From Callorhinchus milii (Eukaryota), in assembly GCF_018977255.1 (NCBI RefSeq), contig NW_024704742.1:17362001-17426000 (forward strand): a DNA stretch of 64,000 bases. The letters are read 5' to 3'. This document shows, piece after piece, positions 1 to 11,618 of the stretch. Numbering within the stretch: the stretch's first letter is position 1; every line of letters begins with the position of its first letter. Position numbers and translations under genes: made by a program. Under the pieces are notes generated by a model that was not told where the DNA came from, ran no database searches, and saw only the letters and a program-made list of their open reading frames with translations.

Positions 1-451
1 AGAGAGAAAAATAATGTCCAGAGTGGAAATCAGTGACAATCCTGTTGGTGTAGTGTAACAGAGAGATACGGTAGAAGCGTTGGAAGTGTATGACACAGTA
101 TGAAGCCATTTGACCTTTTTTTTTGCGTTGGCGTTTGCTCCACGCGAACAAAAAAACCCATCCGTCCCTTCAGCAAACCGTCCTCCTCAGGGGGTTAAGG
201 CATCGACACCAGACTTCGGACCATCGTTGCGCCATCTCTTTTTGGACTGCTGGTTGACCCTTTCTTTTTTTTGGGGGGTGGGGGGGGTCCTTCATTCGAT
301 CAGTCTGGACCCGGGCGGAAACCCGCCGCCGCCGCCCGCCGGGGATTATTCCGAACCCAGGCTGACTGAGGAAACGCGGAAATTTCCCAGACGGCAAAGT
401 ACTGGGAATCTGAAACAAAAGCACAGACGTCGCTGGGGGGAAACGCTCGGG

Positions 452-592
452 GAGGTCGGGCGGCATCTACGGAGAAAGGAAAGCGAGTCGACGTTTCGGG
501 TCCACGACAACCGAAACGTCGACTCGCTTTCCTTTCTCCGTAGATGCCGCCCGACCTCGTCGTGGACCCGAAACGTCGACTCGCTTTCCTTT
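452..592. repeat. Perfect 48-bp inverted repeat plus a second 34-bp inverted copy
   Basis: 452-499 is the exact reverse complement of 511-558 (11-nt spacer). 559-592 is the reverse complement of 475-508. Confidence 0.9.
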
Positions 593-688
593 AATAATAA
601 TAATAATCCTTGCATTTGATATAGCGCTTTTCACGTCGGGAGGACGTCCCAAAGCGCTTCACAGAATATACTGTAAAGTGAATCGACT
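593..688 (-). mobile_element. 5'-truncated Deu-SINE (3' tail only)
   Basis: Reverse complement of the family tail GTGAAGCGCTTTGGGACGTCCTCCCGACGTGAAAAGCGCTATATCAAATGCAAGGA(TTA)n. Confidence 0.9.
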
Positions 689-1232
689 CCCGGTCCCGCT
701 CCCGCTCCCGGAACGCCCGGTTTGGCTCCGACACCACAGCCGCGGGGTTTCCGCCCGCGTCAGACACACCGCTGACCCCCCAACCCCCCCCCACACCCCC
801 CCCAGAGGGACTGGCTCCATCCTGACCGCCCCAAGGTGGTCACCTCAGCTCCAGGGGTGACCCACCAGGACACAGTGCGTGATAACTTCAGCTCAAACAC
901 ACACACACACACACAGCGCGTTCCGTGACATTTCTACCACCGAAGACGGGTAAATATTATCAGCGAGAAATGCGCCGAAGCCGCTTTATTGTTAACATCC
1001 GACCCGAGAGGCCGTCCCCGAGACACGTTCGCGGCCGCCCGGACGACGAGCGACACGCACCCGGACCCGAAATAAAGGCCGGAACCCGAGACCGCCGCCG
1101 GCCGGGGAGACATTTTTTGAACGGAACAGACCCGGAAGCGCGGTGCTGACCAGCGCCGTGGGCGCCGCTGCCGCCGCCGCCGCGATTTGACTCAAAGAGT
1201 TTCTCGCCTTCGCTCTGACCCCCGGACACGGT

Positions 1233-1253
1233 ATGAACTCCACCCGCCAGCAG
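1233..1253 (+). CDS. TMEM192: TMEM192 coding exon 1 (MNSTRQQ)
   Basis: ATG at 1233 in the CpG island; CAG|GTCAGT donor; phase 0 joins in frame to exon 2. Short and not recognisable by homology, so less certain. Confidence 0.75.
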
Positions 1254-1302
1254 GTCAGTGACGTCACACAGCTGGTGTGCGTGACCTCACAAGCGAGGGA
1301 AC

Positions 1303-2176
1303 GGGGGTGAGCGTGACATCACACAGGGGGGGGTGAGCGTGACATCACACAGGGGGGGGTGAGCGTGACATCACACAGGGGGGGGTGAGCGTGACATCAC
1401 ACAGGGGGGGGTGAGCGTGACATCACACAGGGGGGGGTGAGCGTGACATCACACGGGGGGGGGTGAGCATGACATCACACGGGGGGGGTGAGCGTGACAT
1501 CACACGGGGGGGTGAGAGCGTGACATCACACGGGGGGGTGAGAGCGTGACATCACACGGGGGGGTGAGAGTCGCGTCAAGGGGAGGGGGTGAGCGCCACG
1601 TCATGGGGAGGGGGTGAGAGTCACGTCACGGGGAGGGGGTGAGCGCCACGTCATGGGGAGGGGGTGAGAGTCACGTCATGGGGAGGGGGTGAGAGTCACG
1701 TCATGGGGAGGGGGTGAGAGTCACGTCATGGGGAGGGGGTGAGAGTCACGGGGAGGGGGTGAGCGCCACGTCATGGGGAGGGGGTGAGAGTCACGTCATG
1801 GGGAGGGGGTGAGAGTCACGTCATGGGGAGGGGGTGAGAGTCACGTCATGGGGAGGGGGTGAGAGTCACGGGGAGGGGGTGAGAGTCACGGGGAGGGGGT
1901 GAGAGTCACGGGGAGGGGGTGAGAGTCACGGGGAGGGGGTGAGAGTCACGGGGAGGGGGTGAGAGTCACGGGGAGGGGGTGAGCGTCACGTCATGGGGAG
2001 GGGGTGAGAGTCACATCATGGGGAGGGGTTGAGAGTCACGTCACGGGGAGGGGGTGAGCGCCACGTCACGGGGAGGGGGTGAGCGCCACGTCATGGGGAG
2101 GGGGTGAGAGTCACGGGGAGGGGGTGAGCGTCACGTCATGGGGAGGGGGTGAGAGTCACGTCACGAGGAGGGGGTG
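1303..2176 (+). repeat. Compound G-rich minisatellite (units of ~26, 25 and 20 bp)
   Basis: GTGAGCGTGACATCACAC(A)G7-8 repeats, then GAGAGTCACGTCATGGGGAGGGGGT and GAGAGTCACGGGGAGGGGGT repeats. Confidence 0.95.
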
Positions 2177-2211
2177 AATGTAATATCACAGAGGTCGGTG
2201 AGTGTGACTGT

Positions 2212-2526
2212 GGAGTCCTGTAGCTCAGTGAGCACTCGCTTTGCAAGCGAGAGACCTGAGTTCAATTCCAGGCAGAGGGCGAAACTTGGGCAAGTTTCCT
2301 TACTCCACACAGAGCCTAATAATAATCCCTCCAAAACCAAAAACAATAATAAATTGGTCATTTTCAATCTACGACTGTTTGTGGGACATTGCTGTGTGCA
2401 ATTGGCTGCCGCGTTCGCCCACAAATATACAGTCAATTCACTTTACAGTGTGTTCTGTGAAGCGCTTTGGGACGTCCTCCCGACGTGAAAAGCGCTATAT
2501 CAAATGCAAGGATTATTATTATTATT
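2212..2526 (+). mobile_element. Near full-length Deu-domain tRNA-SINE, short form
   Basis: tRNA-Ala-like head (small deletion in A-box region), Deu core GTGGGACATTGCTGTGTGCAATTGGCTGCCGCGTT, L2-like tail, (TTA)n. Confidence 0.9.
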
Positions 2527-2802
2527 CATGGAGAGTGGATGAGCGTAACATCACCGGGGAGTGGGGGGAAGGGTGGTATTGTGACGGCGTGGAGGAGGTT
2601 AAACATGACACCGGGGAGGAGGGGAGGAGGGGTTGAATGAGTGTGATATGATGATAAGAGAGAAGAACACCTGAGTGTGAGATGTGCTCTCCTTTCTGGG
2701 TTATGGGTTCTGAATCCTTTGTAGTCACAGTTTGCAGTATTGGAAGTACCCAGGATAGTTACAATGCTCTCTTTCCCAATGAGACCCAAGATCAAGTATA
2801 AT

Positions 2803-3116
2803 AAAATAATATAATAACCTCTGCATTTGATATAGCTCTTTTCACATCTTCTCGACGTCTCAAAGCGCTTCACAGACTAGACTGTAAAGTGAATCGACTG
2901 TATATTTGTGGGCGAAACACGGCAGCCAATTGCGCACAGCAATGTCGCACAAACAGTCGTGAATTGAAAATGACCAATTTATTTTTTTGTTTTGGAGGGA
3001 TTATTATCAGGCGTGTGGAGTAAGGAAACTTGCCCAAGGTGTCGCTCTGCCTGGAATTGAACTCAGGTCTCTCGCTTGCAAAGCGAGTGCTCTAACCACT
3101 GAGGGACAGGACCTCC
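2803..3116 (-). mobile_element. Full-length Deu-SINE, inverted relative to 2212-2526
   Basis: Reverse complement of the same family from head to tail. Confidence 0.9.
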
Positions 3117-3429
3117 ACATCTGTCTGTTTGTTCAGGTGGATGTTTAAGGGTCATGTGGCACTATTACTCTTGGTGTTTTAGTCAACAAATCCTCAGATT
3201 AATTGATCAATCAATCCATAGCTGTTTATTGGGTTCCGGTGTTTTTCAACTAAAACAGTCACACTTTATTATTAGCCGTGAAGTGCTGTGACATGGTGAG
3301 GTGCTTCAAAATACAGTGTATACATTTTCATTCTGTGATATAAAAATATGACTTTCCTGTGACCAGAGCCCTGTAACCCTGGAAAATTATGTGTGTGTGT
3401 CTGTGTGTGTGTTGTGCAGAAAATACAAT

Positions 3430-4830
3430 CTTGGACAATTAAGGAAATTGGGATTAAATTAAAACAGAAAGAGGAGGTTTATGATAAATGTTGGGCCCAA
3501 AATACAGAAGATAATCAAATTGAATATAGAAAGTACAGAGGAGAACTGAAAAAAGGAAATAAGAGGGGCAATGAGATTATATGAAAAAAGATTAGCGTGT
3601 ATCATAAAAAGTAACCCTAAGGCATTTTATAAGCATATAAAGAATAAAAGGTTAGTCATATGTAGGGACCAATTAGGGATCAAAGAGGAAATCTTCTTGT
3701 GGAGGCAGAGGACATGGCTGACGTACTGAATGAGTACTTTGCATCTATCTTCACAAAAGAAGAGGATGCAGCCAATGCCGCAGTATCAGAGGAGAGGGTA
3801 GAGAAATTAGATAAGAATAAACCAAGAGTGGAGGTACTAAAAAGGTTGTTGGTGCTCAAGGTAGATAAATCACCTGGTCAGGACGTGATGCATCCTAGGT
3901 TACTGAGGGAAGTAAGGGTGGAAATAACGGAGGCTCTGGCCACAATCTTTCAATCCGGGTGGTGCCAGAGGACTGGAGGGTTGCAAATGTTACTCCCCTG
4001 GACAAAAAGTGGCAGAAGGAGAAACCTGGGAACTTCAGGCCAGTCAGCCTGATGTCAGCAGTGGGGAAACATCTGGAGACTATAGTCCAAGACAAAATAA
4101 ATATTCACTTAGAAAAATATGGGTTAATAAAGGACAACCAAAATGGATTTGTTAAAGGCAAATCATGTCTAACGGATGAAGTAACAGAGAGGATGGATGA
4201 AGCTAGTGCAGTTGATGTAGTTTATGTGGATTTTCAAAAGATAAAGTGACACATATATAATAATAATAATAATAATAATAATCCTTGCATTTGATATAGC
4301 GCTTTTCACGTCGGGAGGACGTCCCAAAGCGCTTCACAGAATATACTGTAAAGTGAATTGACTGTATATTTGTGGGCAAACGCGGCAGCCAATTGCGCAC
4401 AGCAATGTCCCACAAACAGTCGTAGATTGAAAATGACCAATTTATTATTGTTTTTGGTTTTAGACTTGTAAGCAAAATAGAAGCCCAAGGTATTAAAGGG
4501 ACAGTGGCAGCATGGATACAGACCTGGCTGGGAGACAGAAAGCAGAGAGTAGCAGTGAATAGTTGTTTTTCTGACAGGGGGGGGAGTGTGCAGTGGTATC
4601 CCCCAGGGATCAGTATTGGGACCACTGCTATTTTTGATCTGTATAAATTACCTGGACTTGGGTATAGGGAGTACAATATCCAAGTCCTGACCAGGTGATT
4701 TACCTACCTAGTTTGCTAAGCTAGGAAAAGTACCAAACAGTGAGGAGGATAGAAGCAGAATGCAAATGGACATAGGCAAACTGGTAAAATGGGCAGACAC
4801 ATGGCAGATGAAGTTTAATGTGGTGAAATG
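3430..4830 (+). mobile_element. Decayed CR1-clade LINE ORF2, interrupted by a SINE
   Basis: Peptides VLNEYFASIFTKE, VPEDWRVANVTPL, NFRPVSLMS, GFVKGKSCLT, VDVVYVDFQK, WLGDRKQRVAVN, spread over frameshifted ORFs. Confidence 0.9.
4258..4462 (-). mobile_element. 5'-truncated Deu-SINE nested in CR1
   Basis: (TAA)n, tail and Deu core between two contiguous parts of the CR1 RT. Confidence 0.9.
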
Positions 4831-4974
4831 CTACACTCTGAAAAGCAGGGTGTAAGTTTTTGCTATTTAATTTTGTGTTTGTGTAGTTGATGTTGAGGTG
4901 GCATCTTACTAGTGAGATAAAAAGAATTGAGGTCCCATCTGCCTGTTGAGTTCCCCGTTAAAGATGGTGCAATA

Positions 4975-5360
4975 TAGGAACATAAGAATTTGCTAGGCGA
5001 AATAAGACCAAGGTCCATCCAGTTCGCCTTCCACCATACTGGCAGTTGCATACACATGTCATGTCCCAAGCCTATATATTGTATCCTGAGATATTATTTC
5101 CTAAAGGAAATCTATCTAATTTGTTCTTGAAAGAATCAACACTTTCTGCTTCCATTGTTTCTCTAGGGAGTCTGTTCCATATGTTTACTATTCACTCACT
5201 GAAGTAGTGTTTGCAGATTTCTTTTGAATTTACCCCCTTCAATCACAGGCCTTGTCCTCTGGTTCTACTGTTCAGTACAAGATAAAACAGCTCATCATGG
5301 TCTACATTATCAAGTTCCTTTAGAATATTAAAGACCGTAATAATATTGCCCATCAACCTA
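4975..5360 (-). mobile_element. CR1-type LINE 3' end
   Basis: Starts with the ATAGGAACATAAGAA tail repeat, followed by typical CR1 3' sequence. Confidence 0.6.
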
Positions 5361-5650
5361 CTAGGCAAAAGGAGACCATTTTATTGGAAAAGAGAAGTCT
5401 GAAAAGGGCTCTAATTGCAAACCAATTGTGCATATTGCCTTAGACCCATTGCAGTATCAACTTGCAATATTATGTGCGTAGAATATTACAGAGTAGAAAA
5501 GCAAGGTATAAGTTTTTGCCGTTTAATGTTGTATATGTGTAGTTGATGTTCATTTCATATACTGTGAAGTGATTTGAGACGTCTCAAAGACGCGATAAGA
5601 TGCTATATCAAACGCAAAGATTATCATTATTATTATTCATACATGGAGCG

Positions 5651-6010
5651 TGGAGTGCTGTAGTTCAGTAGTTAGAGCACTTGCTTCGCAAGTGAGAGAC
5701 TTGGGTTCAATTCCCAGCAGGGCAAGTTTCCTTACTCCACATGCCTCTGTTTACCTAGCATTAAGTAGGAACCCGGTTGCTAGTCAGTTGGTGGATCACT
5801 TTTCCGGGAGTAATAATTCCTTCAAAAAAATAATAATAATTGGTCACTTCAATTCACGACTGTTCGTGGGACACTGTTGTGGGCAATTGGCTGCCACGTT
5901 TCGTTGACAAAATATACAGTCAATTCACTTTAAAGTATATTCTGTGAAGCACTTTGAGACGTCTTGAAGACATGATAAAGCTCTATATCAAATGCAAGGA
6001 TTATTATTAT
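5651..6010 (+). mobile_element. Full-length Deu-SINE, long form, abutting the TMEM192 exon 2 acceptor
   Basis: Head, extra segment CTGTTTACCTAGCATTAAGTAGGAACCCGG, Deu core and tail. Confidence 0.88.
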
Positions 6011-6028
6011 ATAACTTATCTTCTGCAG

Positions 6029-6178
6029 AACTCGTCCTTTGATGTCACCCAAAGTTTAGAAGAGGAGCCACTAATAGATCACCCACTTCTCCATGCCGAT
6101 GTTCTGGTTGGTGATCTGAGGCCCTATTTCCAAAGTTTGTCAACAGTATGGTGGAGTGTTCTCTTAACAATTCTGCAC
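6029..6178 (+). CDS. TMEM192: TMEM192 coding exon 2
   Basis: TTCTGCAG| ... |GTGAGT, 150 nt. NSSFDVTQSLEEEPLIDHPLLHADVLVGDLRPYFQSLSTVWWSVLLTILH resembles human DITQSIEDDPLLDAQLL...RPRFHPLPTV. Confidence 0.95.
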
Positions 6179-7753
6179 GTGAGTGTTTGCTTTCCTTCAA
6201 TGCAACTTTTCCCTTAAGAGATTCTTTGGGTTGTAAAATGTTGAATTTAAGTATAGCAGTGTACTCTGCGACTATTTAGCAATTTTAAAAATGAGCAAAT
6301 ATGTTCGCAGACTTTTAATGATGTCCTCATTAATATTTTCTGCTAACTAGCTGATGACTATTCTCTGTGGGTGGAGGTGAGGAGAGGAGATAAGCAGGGG
6401 CTGAGCTAGCTCCAAGGTGACAAAATTGGCAACAAAATATTGGAATCAAGTCAACCTTCTGTGGCTGTCTTGATAGTCCAATTTCACCTGAGTCAAGTGG
6501 GTTTGCAACCAAGATAACAGACCAGACCTTGTTCTCTTCCAGTCTGCCTTCGAAGCCTGCATTGACTCATATTTTCAATAACGATTTTGTCCACCTCTTC
6601 CCACCTCCAGCTCGGGCTACAAGTCAGCTGTGAGCAGTGCTTTGAGATGTTCTGCCCTATTCTATATAAATTATTGTTCATGCTGTTGGGTGGATGTGAC
6701 ACTGTTTCTATTTATTCACCAACTTACAGAAATTACAAGTTTAAAAATGCCCTTGAAAGCTGTATCTCTCTTTCCACCCCTCCCCCACACCACCAACATC
6801 TTGAGAATGGTCCTTTTTCAGAATTGAACAAGAGATCCAATTTTCTTTTCATTCACAACGTTAATATCTTATTAATCAATTAGGGTTACTAAAAAATATC
6901 TAGCTTTAAGCTTCTAAAAATTATTTTGTTTTTAGTATTTTGTCTGTATCTGGAGAATGAGTGTGAAACCTGGGCTTCCCGCTGTCTGATTTAAAGATTT
7001 GCTTATTGTGGCAGTCAGCTGTTGATTAGCCGGATGCAACAACAACAACTTAGATTGATATAGCGCCCTTCACGTGGGCTAGCATGCCGGAGGATACCAT
7101 CTTTTGAGTTGGTTTTAGTTTAAAAAGTCACTACCTTGCTAACTGGCTGGTAAATTGCAACTGCTGAAGTCCAATAGTGCATTCCAGCTTCACAAAAGTC
7201 GCCGTTAAGAAATGTGTTGGGGGTAAATGGAGTTTGCCTCCAGTCCCCTCAACTACATTCAAAGTGATGTATGTCAAATTTGACACCAAGTTGTCACCAG
7301 TGATTTCTAGGTATTTATTGTAAGCTGCAAAAGCTGTTATGGAATGTAAATATTACATAAGTAAGGTATTTCTTATTTACCAACTCCTGTTGTATGATAG
7401 GGCAGTGCAGTCAGGCATCAGGTATCCAAAGGCACTTTGAAGATTTTGGGTGCTTGGTATGAGAAGCAAAATACATTTATACATGAACTTCCCGTTTTTA
7501 ACAGGAATTGTAAGTGATGTGAAGCTGAAACATGAAGTGGTGTCATTTGAAAGGCCATTGTTTTTCTTTATTAGTGAGGTCTCTCACATTGGTGAAAATC
7601 ACTTGGATTGTGGGTGAGGCTTTGTTTTGTCATGTGTGATATCAAATGCAAGGATTATAATTATTATTATTATTCCTTGAACTATTGTTAGTTTACTATT
7701 TTTGGGACTGTATTGGGCATTCTTGAGTAATTTTGTTTGTTTTGTTTTTCTAG

Positions 7754-8003
7754 GTGGTGTTTGTTGCTTTGTCATTTACTCTAGCCTTTGTATGTAATCC
7801 ATCCACTGCCGCTTGTGAAAAAGTCATTCTGTTAGAAGTTCCAAAGATAATTATTATGGCAAAGACTTGCCTATGGGCTCTCCTTGCTCTCTTTGGGTGG
7901 TATGTTCATGCTCAGCACTCCAAGGTGAGGAATAGAGGATATCTTGCACTGTATCGCTCCACTCGGCATCTGAAGCATCTGCCCATCTTTATCCATTCTA
8001 CAG
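7754..8003 (+). CDS. TMEM192: TMEM192 coding exon 3
   Basis: TTTTCTAG| ... G|GTAAG, 250 nt. [20 protein letters not shown] matches human [20 protein letters not shown]. Confidence 0.96.
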
Positions 8004-11000
8004 GTAAGAAGTAAACTTATTCATTGAGGACAGAAGTATCTTTGTCTACCACAGCCTGTAGGGTTCACCTACAATTCTTGGGGTGTAGATGTTTTAGGTG
8101 CAATATTTTGTACAGTTCTGCAGTAATCTGGTTGTGATTTTGTGGCGTACTTCTGCTTTTCTTAGAGAGGAAATGCGGAACATGAGGTGAACTAGATTTT
8201 GCAGCTTGATTGCTAGGTGTAAACGTGTAATTTTTTAAAAAAAATTAAAAATGAAACATTCTGTAAAGAGCATGGGATCCTGTAGCAGTGAATGAAACCT
8301 CCATAAACCAGTTTGGAATCCGATTGTAAAGTAATGTTAAATAGCAGCTCCCAAGACCAGAGGAAACCTTTAGCAGCAATGTGGCAATTCCTGATTAAAG
8401 ACTGGTTTCCTGCAGCGTATTGTAGTCATTGGTAAAGCTTCAAACTGTTTATTTACCCACTTCAAAAAGGAAGTAACAATGAAAGCCAAACTAACCTCAA
8501 ATGTATGCAATGTTTAAGAACCTATTACTGATGGAGTTTTTTTCAAGAGGAAACTGAGCACGGAAACAAAAAGTGGCTGTTTTGCTGGTTGAGGTCCCAG
8601 ACTTAGAGAAATTCCTATCTGTTAAACAAAACCTGTGTCCTACAAAGGTGACCAGCATCACATCATTTCCTGGATTAAGCACGATAACCTTGGAGCCAAT
8701 TCAGGTCTATGAGACCCCACTTACTTTCCCTCTTCCCCCTCCCCTTCCCCGAAGGAGGATAGTCACTAGTTAGTCATTCGACATTCAATATCCACTAACA
8801 CTCAATCCAAAATAGAAATCTTGTAACAATTTAAAAACATGCTGCATTATACGATTTTTAAAGCTCTTCTGGACATTAATTTTTGGGAACTATTTATTCT
8901 GAGGGATGTTTCTTCTGTTGAATGGATTACCTCCTTTTGAGCAGCATCCATAATAACAATAATCTTTGCATTTGTTATAGCGCCTTATCATGCCGTTGAA
9001 ACGTCTCAAAGCACTTCACAGAATATAGAGAAGTTTTCATCTCATCAGTCCGACAGGGGACAGAAACACAAGGGTTCTTAAATAAATTACTGTTTGTGTT
9101 TTTTTAAAAAATCTGTAATTCAAAGCTTGGCATGATTGGGAGATAGCATCTCTAAAGAGCCAGATCATGACTTCAGAAGCAAGGGGATGAATCTGACTCC
9201 TCGATAAACCAAGTAAATAATAATGATCTTTGCATTTGATATAGTGTCTTTCACGTACGCAGGACGACTCAAAACGCTTCATAAGGATTTACTGTGAAAT
9301 GAAGTGACTGTATTTTGTAGTCCCATGCTGCAGCCAATTTGCACGGAACAATGTTCCACAAAATCCATGAAGTGAAATGATAACTTAACTCTAGCATCCT
9401 ATTAATTACTGCAAATAAACTTCCAGGAAGAACCAACCCTCCCTAAACCTACGCGTACTTGAGACCAAAGGCCTCCCGAAGTACATTTCCACCCCATGCT
9501 GTGCTCATCTCCATATACCCCACAGCAAGCATGGGACCTGGATTTGGGTCACAAGGTAACCAGGAATAGAGAAACAAAAGAATAGAGAAATGTCTGGAGT
9601 CAGACCCTTGAAACTCACATGGACAGTTAAATGCAGTAAGGTCAATTCCAGCTCTTTCACCAAACATACTGCACTCTGCACAGTTTTTCAGGTTGCACCC
9701 ATCTCTGACTGATGCAGGATAGGTTATGGATAGAAAACAAGGTTTGAAAATATTCTTGCACACCACCTAATCCTGCATAGAAATCTCGTTTTTCTGCTCA
9801 ACGGTCCAAAGCATCTTGATGGCTACAACTACCTTTGTGATTCATTCCTTTCAGACTTGTTCTATTAGAATAGTGTCCTATTCCTCCCACACACATGGGT
9901 AATACGCATAAATGTTTCATTACAAAGCACTTATATGACATTGCCTCCATCTAGTGGCAATCTGGAATTGAACAATCTTCAGAAGTACAGAAAATGTACC
10001 TCTTTTGTATACAAGTGACATCAGACTGGTAACCTAGTTGCCTGGGTAAACCAGATAGTACTGTTACACGTGGGATTTATTTAAGACATTTTTTTATAAT
10101 CCCTCAGCATTTAAACTAAATAGCTTCAGGGTTTAAATCCCTTTGCAAATGGTGAAAGATTGAGTTGTAGCTTATGAATAGTAGATATAGGGAAACCAGC
10201 AAGGAGTGCATTAGAAAAGTCAAAACAGGAAGTAATGAAGGCTTAAATAAGTGTTTTCCAGCATTTGCTGTGCAATATAGGCGGGCAATGTGGCACAGGC
10301 AGAGGAATACCGTAATAATACATGGGTCATAGCACATGGATACCTGTAAAATACCTAGAGACTGCAATAACTATTTGGTCACTGCTCTATTCCTTTCAAG
10401 TGACCTGAACTAGTGTGGAATTCTGTGGTCAGTCTTTTAGTCTGGATTTTTAGCTCTTATGTTGTGCATGTTTGGTTGTGCTGAGGATGTACTGCTGTCT
10501 GGGCTTCAGCGGCTGCACATTGATCCCAAACAGAATGTCAATAATACGCATCAATAAGAACTTCCAAACGCTAAACATTCCACATGGATCCGATTTACTC
10601 TATTTATGCAGCATTTATGTAGAATTTAACAATTTGGGGAATTGTTACATTTACTTTAATTTTAAGTTGTTTTTCTGTAAATCTTGAAAGAATTTGTAGA
10701 AAACAGACTTGAGAGTTAAATCTGTATTTGGAATTTGCCAAACTCTGGGTGCCCTGAAATTCTACATAAATAGAGGCGCACTAAAGAATTTATATTTTAT
10801 ACAGCAACCTTCATGCAGGATAATGTCATGGAGCACTTTACAACTATGGGGTTGGATGCTGAGACAGGAGGTCGGAGTGGGGGGGAGAGGGTACCATAGG
10901 CATGTTCAAAATATGGTAGGATTTGAGGTGGAAAGACAGTGGTAGAGGAAGGGAGTTCCAGAGCTCTCCAGACCCAGGTGAGTTTCTCCCCACTAGATTT

Positions 11001-11495
11001 TAATATCTTTGGATGAGATCTGTACAGTCTCACAATATTAACTGGATAGTGGGGTCTTATAAATGGCAATTCTTACAAGATTCCTTAAAACAGGAAGTAT
11101 ATTACACTGGCTGCTAGAACTCTGCTCTCCCATAAGAGGGCCACTTTCAAACTAGATGCTATCGGGAGTTGAGGTGGGTTCCTACTGCTCAATAACGAAT
11201 CCTTTTGGAAAAGGCAACATAATAATAATAATCCTTGCATTTGATATAGCATCTTATTACATCTTTGAGACGTCTCAAAGCGCTTCACAGAATATGCTGT
11301 AAAGTGAATTGACTGTATATGTTATGGATGAAACGCACAGATGCAGCTCTTTTGTGCCGTTTGGAAATATTTTGTTTGCAAATTTGCCAAATAGGATTTT
11401 CAAAAGCTGCTGTAGGCTGATAATGATTCAATGTGAGAAGTGTCCGTCTCATGCCAAAGGGTTACCAATTGTTAATCATTGTGCTTGCTTCCTAG

Positions 11496-11618
11496 GTAAT
11501 ACAGCTCTTCTGCTTGTCCAAGCTGCAGTTGACAATAAAAGTCTGAATTTAAACATCACTCTTGGGGTCCTGGCGGTTGAACTCTTCTTTTCTTCGGCAT
11601 GCCTCATCATTTACACAG
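11496..11618 (+). CDS. TMEM192: TMEM192 coding exon 4
   Basis: TTCCTAG| ... AG|GTGAG, 123 nt, phase 1-1. GNTALLLV...LAVELFFSSACLIIYT matches human GNTVLLL...LALELICSLICLLIYT. Confidence 0.95.

Larger units (their letters stand above)
150..1300. promoter_or_regulatory. CpG island and TMEM192 promoter, probably bidirectional
   Basis: Dense CpG in an otherwise CpG-poor window. ETS-type CCGGAAG at ~1132-1138, (GCC)n run at ~1170-1183, palindromic GTGACGTCAC at 1258-1267. Contains TMEM192 exon 1. Confidence 0.85.

Noticed and set aside
1303..2176. CRISPR-like periodic array
   Set aside because: No unique spacers, no cas genes, vertebrate context; it is a minisatellite.
7857..8003. Apparent secreted peptide MAKTCLWALLALFGW...
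   Set aside because: Internal transmembrane segment of TMEM192 exon 3.
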